In this document: positions 1 through 9,770 of the stretch, piece after piece | Position numbering within the stretch: the stretch's first letter is position 1 | Layout: each line of letters begins with the position of its first letter | Assembly (NCBI GenBank): GCA_963663235.2 | Contig: CAXXNO010000009.1 | Location: 32,001 to 96,000, forward strand | Source: Dehalococcoidia bacterium | GTDB lineage: Bacteria > Chloroflexota > Dehalococcoidia > Bin125 | Reading direction: 5' to 3' | DNA: 64,000 nt | The notes under the pieces: generated by a model | What the model was told of the DNA's origin: nothing | The model's input: the letters and a program-made list of their open reading frames with translations, nothing else | The model's database searches: none | Made by a program: the position numbers and the translations under genes

Positions 1-432
1 GGTGCTCGTCCCCCGGGAGGAGCACGAGAGTCCGCTCGTTGGCTGAAGCAGGCCGGCCATGACCTGAGCGACGCCCACCTCTGCGCGGAGGCGGGGCGCC
101 ACGCCCTAGCGTGTTTCCTCTGCCACCAGTGCGCCGAGAAGGCGGTGGTCGCCTACTTGCTCGCGCAGGGCGCGGAACAGGTCTGGGGCCATGCGCTGGC
201 CGACCTTTGCGAGGACGCCATGACGTTCGACCCCTCGTTCGTCTTCATCAAAACGAGTGCGCCGCTCCTGGACAAGTATTATCTCGGGGCGCGCTATCCG
301 TCGGGCTTGCCGGGCGGGGTCCCGGCTGAGGCGTTCGACTCGCACGACTCGGAGCGGGCGCTGGCGATCGCGGGGGACGTGTACGAGTTCGTGGAGCGTC
401 GGATCGAGGAGCCCGAAGAGCCGCAAGGCTGA
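1..432 (+). CDS. HEPN domain protein (5' end runs off the window)
   Basis: Frame is open from base 1: ..RWLKQAGHDLSDAH..ACFLCHQCAEKAVVAYL..WGHALADL..LDKYYLGARYP, the pattern of small HEPN proteins (Q-x-AEK, H-x-L, RYP). Confidence 0.8.
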   Translation, partial: GARPPGGARESARWLKQAGHDLSDAHLCAEAGRHALACFLCHQCAEKAVVAYLLAQGAEQVWGHALADLCEDAMTFDPSFVFIKTSAPLLDKYYLGARYPSGLPGGVPAEAFDSHDSERALAIAGDVYEFVERRIEEPEEPQG

Positions 433-452
433 GGCCGCGGGGGCGCAGCGCT

Positions 453-1877
453 TCAGGCGCCGAGCGCCGCGAGCGGCGGACGCTTCGTGTGCCAGTCGGT
501 GGCCTGCTGGAAGGCGTGGCCCACGCGCAGCGTCAGGGCGTCGGCCCAGGGCCGGGCGACGATCTGCAGCCCCACGGGCAGCCCCTGCTCATCGAAGCCA
601 CACGGCACGGTCAGGGCCGGCTGTCCCGTGAAGTTGAAGGGGAAGCAGCAGCGGATGGAGGCCGACATCAGCGTCTCCTGGAAGCCGTCCGGCGCCTTGT
701 ACTCCATCTGCCCGTGCCGGGCCGCGGTCGCCGGCATCGTCAGCGTGGCCAGCACGTCGATGCGCTCGTCCTTCCAGAGGCTTTGTATCTGCGCGTTGAA
801 CCGCGTGCGGAAGCGCTGGGCGTTGAGGTAGTCGGTGGCGAGCATCACCTCGCCGATCTGGAGATAGCTACGCACGTCGTCCTGATAGTCCGGCCCCTGC
901 CGGCGCATCCGTGCGGCGTGCCAGGCCGCCGACTCCGCCAAGGAGATGCCGAACCCCTCCAACTCGATCCGGTCGATGTCCTTCGGCATCGTGACTTCAA
1001 ACACGTCGGCTCCCGCCGTCTTCAACTCGGCGACCGCGGCCTCGAACGCCGCCGTCACGCCCGGGAAATGGCTGTTGAAGTAGTTGCGCGGCACGGCGAC
1101 GCGCAGGCCCCTGACTCCCTGCCCCAATTGCGCCGAGAAGTCCTCGGTCGGCTGCTTGGACGAGTTCAGGTCGCGGGGGTCGTAGCCGGCGAGCACGTTC
1201 AGCGCCAGGGCGGCGTCCTCCGCCGTCCAGCACAACGGCCCGATGTGGTCCATGGAGTACGAGAGCACGTGGACCCCATCTTTGGGGATGCGGCCGAACG
1301 TCGCCTTCAGTCCCGTGACCCCGTTCACGCAGGCGGGGATGCGGATCGACCCGCCGGTGTCCGTGCCCAGGCCGAAGGGGATCTGCCCCGTGGCCACCGC
1401 CGCGCCGGTGCCGCCGCTGGAGCCGCCGGGAACCCGCGGCGTCTCCATGTCCCAGGGATTGCGCGTCGGCGGCGTCTGCACGCCGTAGGCGAACTGGTGG
1501 GTGTTCGTCTTCCCCACCAAGACCGCGCCCGCGGCGTCCAGGCGCTCCACCGTGGAGGCGCTCTGGGTCGGGATGTGCCCCTGCAGCACCTTGGAGGAGG
1601 AGGTCGTCTCGATCCCGGCCGTCTCGACCAGGTCCTTGGCCGCGTACGGCACCCCATCCAGCGGACCCAGCGCGCCGCCGGCGCGGCGGCGCTTGTCCGA
1701 CGCGTCGGCCGCCTGGAGCGCGTGCTCGGGCGCGACGCGGTTGAAGGCTTTGATCGTGCCGTCCGTCCGCTCGATGTGGTCCAGCAGGAGCTGCGTGATC
1801 TCGCGGCTCGAGAATTCGCCCGCCGCCAGCCCGTCGGCGATCGCCCGGACGGTGCGGATCTCCTTGTTCGTCGCCAT
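453..1877 (-). CDS. Amidase-signature family amidase (paralog 1)
   Basis: KDL, GGSSGG and GTDTGGSIRIPA motifs. Start reassigned to ATG 1877 (MATNKEIR) behind an AGGAGG RBS. Confidence 0.92.
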   Translation of the reverse strand: MATNKEIRTVRAIADGLAAGEFSSREITQLLLDHIERTDGTIKAFNRVAPEHALQAADASDKRRRAGGALGPLDGVPYAAKDLVETAGIETTSSSKVLQGHIPTQSASTVERLDAAGAVLVGKTNTHQFAYGVQTPPTRNPWDMETPRVPGGSSGGTGAAVATGQIPFGLGTDTGGSIRIPACVNGVTGLKATFGRIPKDGVHVLSYSMDHIGPLCWTAEDAALALNVLAGYDPRDLNSSKQPTEDFSAQLGQGVRGLRVAVPRNYFNSHFPGVTAAFEAAVAELKTAGADVFEVTMPKDIDRIELEGFGISLAESAAWHAARMRRQGPDYQDDVRSYLQIGEVMLATDYLNAQRFRTRFNAQIQSLWKDERIDVLATLTMPATAARHGQMEYKAPDGFQETLMSASIRCCFPFNFTGQPALTVPCGFDEQGLPVGLQIVARPWADALTLRVGHAFQQATDWHTKRPPLAALGA

Positions 1878-2873
1878 GCTCCGCCTCCTGGTCGTCCCAG
1901 CCGCCCTGAATGGGAACCCGGACCGCAAGTCCGTCGCGCACCGCGCCGGAGCGGCCCAGCGCCGCGGCTGCCGACGGATACTAGCACCAGCGGCCAGGTC
2001 TCTTCGCGCCAGCGGCCGGTCACCCGGACACGAGACGGGCGATCTTCGGACGCCTCGCAGGGTCGTTCGGGAGACGCGCCCAGGGCGTCTCGGCCCAGGG
2101 CGTGTGCTCCGCGGGAACGTCCCAGCGGGACTCGTCGAAGTAGGTCTCGCAGAGCCTTTTCGCGATTGGGTGGTCGGGGCCGGGGCGTGGCGGCCAGGGA
2201 GATGATCGAGTACCTGCGGTAGGAGAAAGAATTGGGCGAGCAGTACAGGCCGCATCCCAGGGTCGATGACTTTCCCCAGAGTACGCCCAGGGTTATGACA
2301 GGCTGAGGGGAGCGTGAGAAGGCGGCGCGGGGGTTGCCCCGCGGACCCGTTGCGGGGGCGGGGCAGATGGTGCTAGCATCGGCGGCCACGGACTTGGAAA
2401 AGGCCCGTGTGGCCTGGATATAGGCGTCCGCGCGGAGAATTCGCGCGGGTCCACGCTTCTCGAGCGCCGTTCGTGCGGAGCAGAGGGAAGAGGATGATCC
2501 AGGGGATTTCTCGCGTTAACGATAGCGTCACGAACCGTGAGCGTTCGCGGCGGCTCTCTTGCGGGCAACGACCCGCGCGCGACCGGTATGGCGCCGGTCG
2601 AGTGGAAGAATCCCAAGACGGCGGCGCGTTCGTATTCCGAATTAACAGGTGCAAGCGTGCCGTGGTTGGCGATGGAGTGGATTGACATCTTGTAGGCGGT
2701 TGGCCGTCGCATGCGTCGGGGCGCCGACGGCCGAGATGGGGAGAGCGACGTCGAGATGATGGCCCCGCATCGCTTCGGCAGGACTTGGAGTGGACCGAAG
2801 GAGGCGCAGGAATAGAGGACCACGAGCGACTGCATCCATTACCAAGAGAGATCACCAGGAGGAATGACGATCG

Positions 2874-4724
2874 ATGAGCAGACGACCAACCTATAAGCCG
2901 TGGCTGAACAGGAGCAAGCTCTCCCGCCGCCGGATGATGGTGATGACCGGGACGGCGGGCCTAGGGGCGGCCGGACTGGCCCTTGTCGGCTGCGGCGACG
3001 ACGACGACGAAGCGATATCGCAAGCCATTGCGCAGGTGATTGAAGAGCAGGCGGAGCAGGCCCAGGCGCAGGTCACCGAGGAAGAGCAGGTCGCCCAGGT
3101 CGAGCAAGCGGCGGAAGAGATCGAGCAGGCGGCCGAAGAGGCGGGCGTGGACATTGAGCGGGACATGATTGTGGCGCAGAACAACCTGTTCGTGTCGCAG
3201 GACCAGGACTTCTCGAACATCCACGAGACGCAAGAGGCGAACGTCGCCATCAACGCGGTGTTGATTCGCAACCCGATCATCGGGAAGCAGACCGCGGACG
3301 GCCGCAGCTACTTCAGCCAGGACAGCACGGGCCCGTGGGAGCCGATGCTCGCCACCGACTTCACGCTGAGCGAAGACGGGCTGGTCTACGAGTTCACCCT
3401 GCGGGAGGGTGTGATCAGCTACAACGGCAACGAGCTGACGGCCGACGACGTGGTCTACACGTATGCGGCCAAGGTCGTGTCGGGCGGCATCGGTCAGTTC
3501 GTGTCGGACTTCGCGCTCGAGATCAAGACGGCGGAGCAGGTGGTGCGGGTCGACGATCGCACGGTGCAGTTCCACCTGAGCCGGCCGTACCCGACGTTCG
3601 TGCAGGGGATCTCGAACCACCACGCCGGCGCCATCCTCGACAGCACGGTACGGCTGGAGCACGCCACGGAGGACGACCCCTTCTCCACGGAGTGGGCCAC
3701 GACCAACTCCAACAGTTTTGGCGCCTACAAGATCGAGAGCTTCATTCAAGGGGAGCAGGCGGTCTTTGTCGCCAACGAGAACTACGTGCGGGGCAGCGGG
3801 GTGAACCCGCCCGCGATCAAGAAGATGATCTGGCGCGTGGTGCCGGAGAGCGCCAACCGGCTGGCGCTGGTCCGCCGGGGCGACGTGCACATCGCCAAGC
3901 AGATGCTGGCGCGCGAGCAGTTGGACGCCGAAACCGAGGAAGGGATCGCCATTCCCTTCGCGGAAGGGAACCTCAGCTTCTGGATCAGCACGAACCTGGA
4001 CAAGGAGCAGTGGAGCGACACGCGCTCGCGGCAGGCGTTCACCTACGCGCTTCCGTATGACGAGGTCATCAACACCGTCTACCGCGGCAAGGCGCGGCGG
4101 GAGTTCGGGATGGTCCCGGACGATATTCCCGGCGCCGCCCCGCAGCACTGGGAGAAGTACGTCCAGGACTTCGACATAGCGAGGGAGCTGCTGGCGCAGG
4201 CCGGGGTGCCCGACGGATTCTCCAGCGACCTGGCGTTTGAGCTGAACTTCCCCGATTCGGAGGAGAACGCCATCCTCATCCGGGACGCCGTCGCGAACGT
4301 GGGGATCGACCTGAGCCTGGTCGGCCTGACGCCGGCGGCCTCCACCGAGAACCGGGTCACGCGCGAGAAGCGCCAGCCCGCGTTCCTGACGCGGGACTAC
4401 GCCATTGTGAAGGCGATCCCGTACTACCTGCACCTGTTCTTCCTGTCGGAAGAGTCAATAATCAACTGGTCCGCGTACTTCCCCGGGCGCGCGAACTACG
4501 ATGAGTTCGAGGCGGCGCTGCAGGCCGGCATCGGCGTGGGGGACGACCTGGCTCAGGAAACGCTGGATCACTACGGCGAAGCACAGAGGGTGCTGGCGGA
4601 CGACTCGGTGATGCAGTGGATGGCCTGGACGGACCCGCAGTACATCTGGCGCGACAACTTGAGCGGCTTCTACGGCCGCTCCGACAACCTGATCGACTAC
4701 GGAGAGGTGGCGTTCACGGCATAA
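2874..4724 (+). CDS. ABC transporter substrate-binding protein, family 5 (peptide/nickel type), Tat lipoprotein
   Basis: LSRRR..LALVGC leader. LATDFTLSEDGLVYEFTLREGV..ELTADDVVYT is the SBP5 signature. AGGAGG RBS upstream. Confidence 0.9.
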   Translation: MSRRPTYKPWLNRSKLSRRRMMVMTGTAGLGAAGLALVGCGDDDDEAISQAIAQVIEEQAEQAQAQVTEEEQVAQVEQAAEEIEQAAEEAGVDIERDMIVAQNNLFVSQDQDFSNIHETQEANVAINAVLIRNPIIGKQTADGRSYFSQDSTGPWEPMLATDFTLSEDGLVYEFTLREGVISYNGNELTADDVVYTYAAKVVSGGIGQFVSDFALEIKTAEQVVRVDDRTVQFHLSRPYPTFVQGISNHHAGAILDSTVRLEHATEDDPFSTEWATTNSNSFGAYKIESFIQGEQAVFVANENYVRGSGVNPPAIKKMIWRVVPESANRLALVRRGDVHIAKQMLAREQLDAETEEGIAIPFAEGNLSFWISTNLDKEQWSDTRSRQAFTYALPYDEVINTVYRGKARREFGMVPDDIPGAAPQHWEKYVQDFDIARELLAQAGVPDGFSSDLAFELNFPDSEENAILIRDAVANVGIDLSLVGLTPAASTENRVTREKRQPAFLTRDYAIVKAIPYYLHLFFLSEESIINWSAYFPGRANYDEFEAALQAGIGVGDDLAQETLDHYGEAQRVLADDSVMQWMAWTDPQYIWRDNLSGFYGRSDNLIDYGEVAFTA

Positions 4725-4764
4725 CGAACGGCGGCTCGGCCGCACACACCAGCAAGCGAATGGA

Positions 4765-4800
4765 CGGGAGGCCCTTCTTCGGAAGGGCCTCTCGCTTTGT
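4765..4800 (+). terminator. Intrinsic terminator hairpin
   Basis: CGGGAGGCCCTTC-TTCG-GAAGGGCCTCTCG followed by CTTTGT, 40 nt after the SBP stop. Confidence 0.75.
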
Positions 4801-4904
4801 CTGTCGCAGGGGCCGGGCCGGGCCGGGCCGGGCCGGCCCCACAGCGGCGGCGCAAGGCCGGCAGGCTCTCCGCTGGGCGGGTGGCGGGGGTGTGGGTGTG
4901 GGGC

Positions 4905-5936
4905 CTAGGGCACGGGCATCCACTCACCGCCGGGCTTGAAGCCCTTGGCGGTGGGGATGATCTCGTTGCCGAACTGCTCCAGGCGCTCGAACAGCTCGGC
5001 GCTGGTGCGGCTGCGGGTCTCCTGGAAGACGATCATGAGGGAGTAGCCCGCCTCAGCGTAGCCCTGGAGGTCGGAGAGGATCATCTCCGGCGTGCCGACA
5101 CAGTTCGGGCGCCGGTCCTTCTTGACGTCCGGATCGTCGGCGTCGGTGATGCGGGCGACGGTGACGCCCATGAGCATGAAGTCCGAGAGGTCCCGTTTGC
5201 CGCGCTCCGCTTCCTGGCGGATCGCATCCAGGAAGCGATCGTTGTCAGCGGGGCGGGCGTTGGGGTGGGCGAAGACAGGGTAGAAGCCGTCGCAGAGCCG
5301 CGCGGATCGCCGAGCGCCAACCATGGACTGGCCGCCGAAGACGATGGGCGGGTAGGGCTTCTGCACGGGCTTGGGGTCCATGGAGAGGTTGTCAAAGTTG
5401 TAGAACTCGCCGTGGAAGGCGACGACGTCGTCCGTCCAGGCGCGCTTGTAGATCTCGATGCATTCGTCGGTCATGTCGCCGCGCCGGTCGTAGGGCAGGC
5501 CCAACGCCTCGAACTCTTCCTTCGCCCATCCGGCGCCCACGCCGGCGATCACCCGCCCGTTGGAGAGCCAGTCGACGGTGGCGAACTGCCGGGCGTCGTG
5601 GAGCGGGGGGCGGTAGGGGGAGATCAGCACGGAGGTGCCGAGCTTGATCCGCTCGGTGGTCACCGCGACGGCGGCCATGGTGGCCAGGGCATCGAAGAGC
5701 ACCGGCTTCGTGGGGTAGTGCCGCTTGCCCGTCTCCGGGTTGGCGATGTGCACGTTGGTGGTCTGCAAGGGCAAGGTGACGTGGTCCGGGAACCAGAGCG
5801 AATGGAAGCCCACGCGTTCGGCGAGCTGCGCGTACTTGACCGGCTGGATGTCTTGCGGCGGAATCGATTCCAGCCAGAACTCGGTGTCGCTGCGAATGGC
5901 GACGCCGTGGGTATCCATGTAGCTGCCAATCTCCAT
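4905..5936 (-). CDS. LLM-class (probably F420-dependent) oxidoreductase
   Basis: SLWFPDHV, KLGTSVLISPYRPP, GVGAGWAKEEF, PKPVQKPYPPIVFGG. Start MEIGSY at 5936. Confidence 0.88.
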   Translation of the reverse strand: MEIGSYMDTHGVAIRSDTEFWLESIPPQDIQPVKYAQLAERVGFHSLWFPDHVTLPLQTTNVHIANPETGKRHYPTKPVLFDALATMAAVAVTTERIKLGTSVLISPYRPPLHDARQFATVDWLSNGRVIAGVGAGWAKEEFEALGLPYDRRGDMTDECIEIYKRAWTDDVVAFHGEFYNFDNLSMDPKPVQKPYPPIVFGGQSMVGARRSARLCDGFYPVFAHPNARPADNDRFLDAIRQEAERGKRDLSDFMLMGVTVARITDADDPDVKKDRRPNCVGTPEMILSDLQGYAEAGYSLMIVFQETRSRTSAELFERLEQFGNEIIPTAKGFKPGGEWMPVP

Positions 5937-6062
5937 CGTTGCGCGTTCCTTCCCCTGCCATTCGGGGCCGCCCGACGGCGACCCCTGGGCCCGCATGATG
6001 CCAGGCGCGGGCGGGCGTGTCGACGGGCCGCTGCCAGGGGCCGCGCGCCGCGGACGCCGGCG

Positions 6063-7487
6063 TCAGGCGCCCGCCCAGGCCAGATCCGGCCGCCGCGTGT
6101 GCCAGTCGGTCGCCTGCTGGTAGGCGTGGCCCACCCGCAGCACCATCGCCTCCGCCCAGGGCCGCCCGACGATCTGTAGCCCCGTCGGGAGGCCGCCTTC
6201 GTCGCGCCCGTTGGGCACGGTGAGCGCCGGTTGCCCCGTCAGGTTGAACGGGTAGGTGCAGCGGATGGAAGCGGACATCAAGGTCTCCGTGAAGCCATCG
6301 GGCGCGGTGTACTCCATCTGCCCGTGCGGGGCCGCGGTGACTGCGACGGTGGGGGTGGCCATGACGTCGATGCGCTGATCGTCCCACAGCTGCCGCATCT
6401 CGGCGCAGATCCGCGTTCGGTAGCGTGAGGCGTTGATCCAATCGGTGGCGAGGATGAACTCACCCGTCTTGATGAAGCTGAGCACGTCCGGCCGGTAGCC
6501 GCCGGGATTCGCGCGGACGTGGGGGGCGTGGTAGGCGGCCGACTCGGCGAGCGCGATGCCGAAGCCGGCCGGGTCGGTCATCTCCACGCTCTTGGGCACG
6601 GCGACCTGGATGACCTCAGCGCCGAGCCCCTTCAAGACATCGAGGGAGTCCTGGAGAGCGCCGGCAACCGCCGGGTAGTGGCTAACGAAATAGTTGGTGG
6701 GGACGGCGACGCGCAGGCCGCGGACGCCGCCCGAGAGCGCGGCGGTGTAGTCCTCAGTGGGGCGCTTGGAGGAGTTGGGGTCGCGCGGGTCGTGGCCCGC
6801 CATGACGTCCAGAGCCAGGGCGACGTCCTCGACGGTCCAGGCGAGCGGGCCGACGTGATCAAAGGAGTAGGAGAGCACCAGGGCGCCGAATTTGGAGATG
6901 CGCCCGAAGGTCGCCTTGAGCCCCGTGATCCCGTTGAGGCAGGCAGGGATGCGGACGGAGCCGCCGCCGTCGGTGCCGATGCCGAAGGCGGCCTGGCCGG
7001 CCGCGATCGCCGCACCGGTGCCGCCGCTCGACCCGCCCGGCACGCGCGCGGTCCCGCCGTCCCAGGGGTTGCGCGTGGGCGGGGTCTGCACGCCGTAGCC
7101 GAACTGGTGGGTGTTGGCCTTCCCTACCAGGACCGCCCCGGCCGCCGCCAATCGATCCACCACCGTGGCGCTGCGGTTGGGGACGTAGCCCTTGAGCAGA
7201 TCGGACGAGCCAGTGGTCTCGATCCCTTTGGTCTCGAAGAGGTCCTTGGCGGCGTAGGGCACGCCGTCGAGCGGGCCGATGGGCCGGCCGGCGCGACGTC
7301 GCTCGTCCGAGGCGTCGGCGGCGGCCAGCGCCGTCTCGGCAGTGACGGTGATGAACGCCTTGACGGCGCCGTCGGTCCGCTCGATCCGCTCGAGGCAGAG
7401 CGCGGTCATCTCGCGGCTGGAGAACTCGTTCTTTGCGAGTCCGTCCGCGATCGACTTCACGGTGCGGAGATCCTGGTTACTGGTCAT
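6063..7487 (-). CDS. Amidase-signature family amidase (paralog 2)
   Basis: KDL, GGSSGG, GTDGGGSVRIPA. Close paralog of 453..1877. Confidence 0.92.
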   Translation of the reverse strand: MTSNQDLRTVKSIADGLAKNEFSSREMTALCLERIERTDGAVKAFITVTAETALAAADASDERRRAGRPIGPLDGVPYAAKDLFETKGIETTGSSDLLKGYVPNRSATVVDRLAAAGAVLVGKANTHQFGYGVQTPPTRNPWDGGTARVPGGSSGGTGAAIAAGQAAFGIGTDGGGSVRIPACLNGITGLKATFGRISKFGALVLSYSFDHVGPLAWTVEDVALALDVMAGHDPRDPNSSKRPTEDYTAALSGGVRGLRVAVPTNYFVSHYPAVAGALQDSLDVLKGLGAEVIQVAVPKSVEMTDPAGFGIALAESAAYHAPHVRANPGGYRPDVLSFIKTGEFILATDWINASRYRTRICAEMRQLWDDQRIDVMATPTVAVTAAPHGQMEYTAPDGFTETLMSASIRCTYPFNLTGQPALTVPNGRDEGGLPTGLQIVGRPWAEAMVLRVGHAYQQATDWHTRRPDLAWAGA

Positions 7488-7700
7488 GGCCAACGCCCCC
7501 TTTTCCCGCGCGAAGGGCCGCGACGACTCCGTCCCGCACAGTCACCGCGACCCCGCAGCGTCCCGTTCTCGGCTTGCCCCGAGGCGGCCAAGATCGTGCA
7601 GAGTCTACGCCAGGGCGGGCGGCGTGTGTGAAGGCGAGCGGCGAGCGGTTGTGAGGCCGTCCTCAAGGGAGGAGAATGCGCGCGCGGAACGGAGGAGCCC

Positions 7701-8501
7701 ATGCCGAACACGATTCTCTATGACGTCCACGAGCGCATCGCCACCATCACGCTCAACCGGCCGGAGCGGCTGAACGCGCTCTCGCCGGAGATGCAGCGCG
7801 AGATCGACGAGGCGCTGAGCGAAGCAGAGCGCGACGAGGCCGTGCGGGTGGTAGTCATCGCGGGCGCGGGGCGGGCGTTCTGCGCCGGCTACGACATCGC
7901 CGGGACGGGGGATTCGGCGCAGATCCGCGACGTCGCCGCCGACCGCATCCGACTGGAGAAGATGCTAAACCGCTGGTTGCGGATCTGGGACGCCACGCTT
8001 CCGGTGATCGCCAAGGTCCACGGCTACTGCCTGGCCGGCGGATCACAACTGGCGATCATGTGCGACGTGACGATCGCGGCGGAGGACGCGCGCGTGGGGA
8101 CGCCGCAGCTGCCGCTAGGCGCCGGGTTCCTCTCGCCGATCTGGGCCTGGCACGTAGGGCCGAAGAAGGCCAAGGAGTTGCTGTTGCCGACGGGCACGAT
8201 GATCTCCGGCAGCGAGGCGGCGCGGATCGGGCTGTTCAACGTCGCGGTGGCGGCGGATCAACTCGACCAGTACGTGGCGGAGTACGCGCAGAGCGTGGCC
8301 AAGACGCCCAAGGCGGTCCTGGCGCTGGAGAAGCTGGCCATCAACCGGAGTCAAGAGGTGCAAGGATTTCGGCAGGCCGTCCTGCAGGGAGCGGAGATCG
8401 ACGCGCTGGCGCACGCCACCGATGCCGTGATGGAAACGAAGCAGCAGATCCAGGAGCAGGGGTTGAAGGCGGCCCTGGCCGCCTGGCAAGCGGCCGACTG
8501 A
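7701..8501 (+). CDS. Enoyl-CoA hydratase/crotonase superfamily protein
   Basis: ITLNRPERLNAL, AFCAGYD, PVIAKVHGYCLAGG. GGAGGAG RBS. Confidence 0.9.
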   Translation: MPNTILYDVHERIATITLNRPERLNALSPEMQREIDEALSEAERDEAVRVVVIAGAGRAFCAGYDIAGTGDSAQIRDVAADRIRLEKMLNRWLRIWDATLPVIAKVHGYCLAGGSQLAIMCDVTIAAEDARVGTPQLPLGAGFLSPIWAWHVGPKKAKELLLPTGTMISGSEAARIGLFNVAVAADQLDQYVAEYAQSVAKTPKAVLALEKLAINRSQEVQGFRQAVLQGAEIDALAHATDAVMETKQQIQEQGLKAALAAWQAAD

Positions 8502-8546
8502 GCGTTGATCCCTCGGCAGGGCCGCGCCGCTCGGGCGCGGGCGCCG

Positions 8547-9713
8547 TCAGGCGCCGGATTGCGTCGGAACCGGATCGCCGGGTGGCGGGGCCGCCGCCGC
8601 CGCCGCCGGCGTCAGCGGGATGGCGCGCCGGCTCTCGGGGTCGAAGGCGTGGAGGTGGGCGAGGTCGAAGATGAGGCCGACCTCCCGCCCGGCCCGCGCC
8701 CGTGAGCGCGGGTCCACGCGGGCCAGAAAGCGGGTGCCCTCCCGGTCCAAGTGGAGATAGATCTCGCTGCCCATCAGCTCCATGAGATCGACGGTGGCCG
8801 AAACGGCCGCAGGGCGCACCCCCAGCGGGGGGAAGTCTCGATCGTGGATGTGCTCCGGGCGGATGCCGAGCACGACGCGCCCATTGGCGCGGGCCGCGAG
8901 AGCGGGCACCAGGTCGCGCGGCGTGTCGAGCTGAAACGCGCCCGCATCGAGCCGGATCGCCTCGGGGGTCTCGCTGACCGTTACGTCGAAGAAGTTCATC
9001 GCCGGGCTGCCGATGAAGCCAGCGACAAACATGTTCGCCGGACGGCTGTAGAGCTCCGCCGAGGCGCCCACCTGCTGGAGCAGCCCCTGATCCATCACCG
9101 CGATGCGGGTGGCCATAGTCATAGCCTCCACCTGATCGTGCGTCACGTAGACGAAGGTGGCGTCCAGGCGTTGATGCAGCTTGCTGATCTCCGCCCGCGT
9201 CTGCACGCGGAGCTTTGCATCGAGGTTGGAGAGCGGCTCATCCAACAGGAAGGCGGCCGGCTCCCGCACGATCGCGCGGCCCAAAGCGACGCGCTGCCGT
9301 TGCCCGCCGGAGAGTTGCCGCGGCTTGCGCTTGAGGAGCTCGCCGAGGTCCAGGATCTCCGCCGCCGCCTCCACCCGCCGCCGGATCTCTCGCTTGTCGA
9401 ACTTTCGCAGCTTGAGGCCGAAGGCCATGTTGTCGAAGACCGACATGTGGGGGTAGAGCGCGTAGGACTGGAAGACCATGGCGATATCGCGGTCCTTGGA
9501 CGGCACATCGTTGACGACGCGATCGCCGATGGAGATCTGGCCGCCCGTGATCTCCTCGAGTCCCGCCAGCACCCGCAGCGCCGTCGACTTGCCGGAGCCG
9601 GACGGTCCCACGAGGACCAAGAACTCGCCGTCGGCGATCTCGAGCGTGAAGTCGTTCACGGCGATCACGTCGCCGAAGGCCTTCGTGACGTGGTCGAACA
9701 TTACCTTTGCCAT
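8547..9713 (-). CDS. Sugar ABC transporter ATP-binding protein (MalK/UgpC type)
   Basis: GPSGSGKST Walker A, LSGGQRQR signature, LLDEPLSNLD, YVTHDQ, C-terminal TOBE region. Confidence 0.95.
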   Translation of the reverse strand: MAKVMFDHVTKAFGDVIAVNDFTLEIADGEFLVLVGPSGSGKSTALRVLAGLEEITGGQISIGDRVVNDVPSKDRDIAMVFQSYALYPHMSVFDNMAFGLKLRKFDKREIRRRVEAAAEILDLGELLKRKPRQLSGGQRQRVALGRAIVREPAAFLLDEPLSNLDAKLRVQTRAEISKLHQRLDATFVYVTHDQVEAMTMATRIAVMDQGLLQQVGASAELYSRPANMFVAGFIGSPAMNFFDVTVSETPEAIRLDAGAFQLDTPRDLVPALAARANGRVVLGIRPEHIHDRDFPPLGVRPAAVSATVDLMELMGSEIYLHLDREGTRFLARVDPRSRARAGREVGLIFDLAHLHAFDPESRRAIPLTPAAAAAAPPPGDPVPTQSGA

Positions 9714-9770
9714 GCGCGCGACCCCCGAGCGGCGACACCCGCCAGGATGGCGGGGCATCGACTATGCAGA

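Noticed and set aside
1878-2255. N-terminal extension of amidase 1 given by the ORF track
   Set aside because: R/P-rich non-protein-like sequence. A strong RBS precedes ATG 1877 and the paralog starts at the equivalent position.
4811-4835. (GGCCG)5 microsatellite
   Set aside because: Simple GC-rich slippage repeat downstream of a terminator, with no functional evidence.
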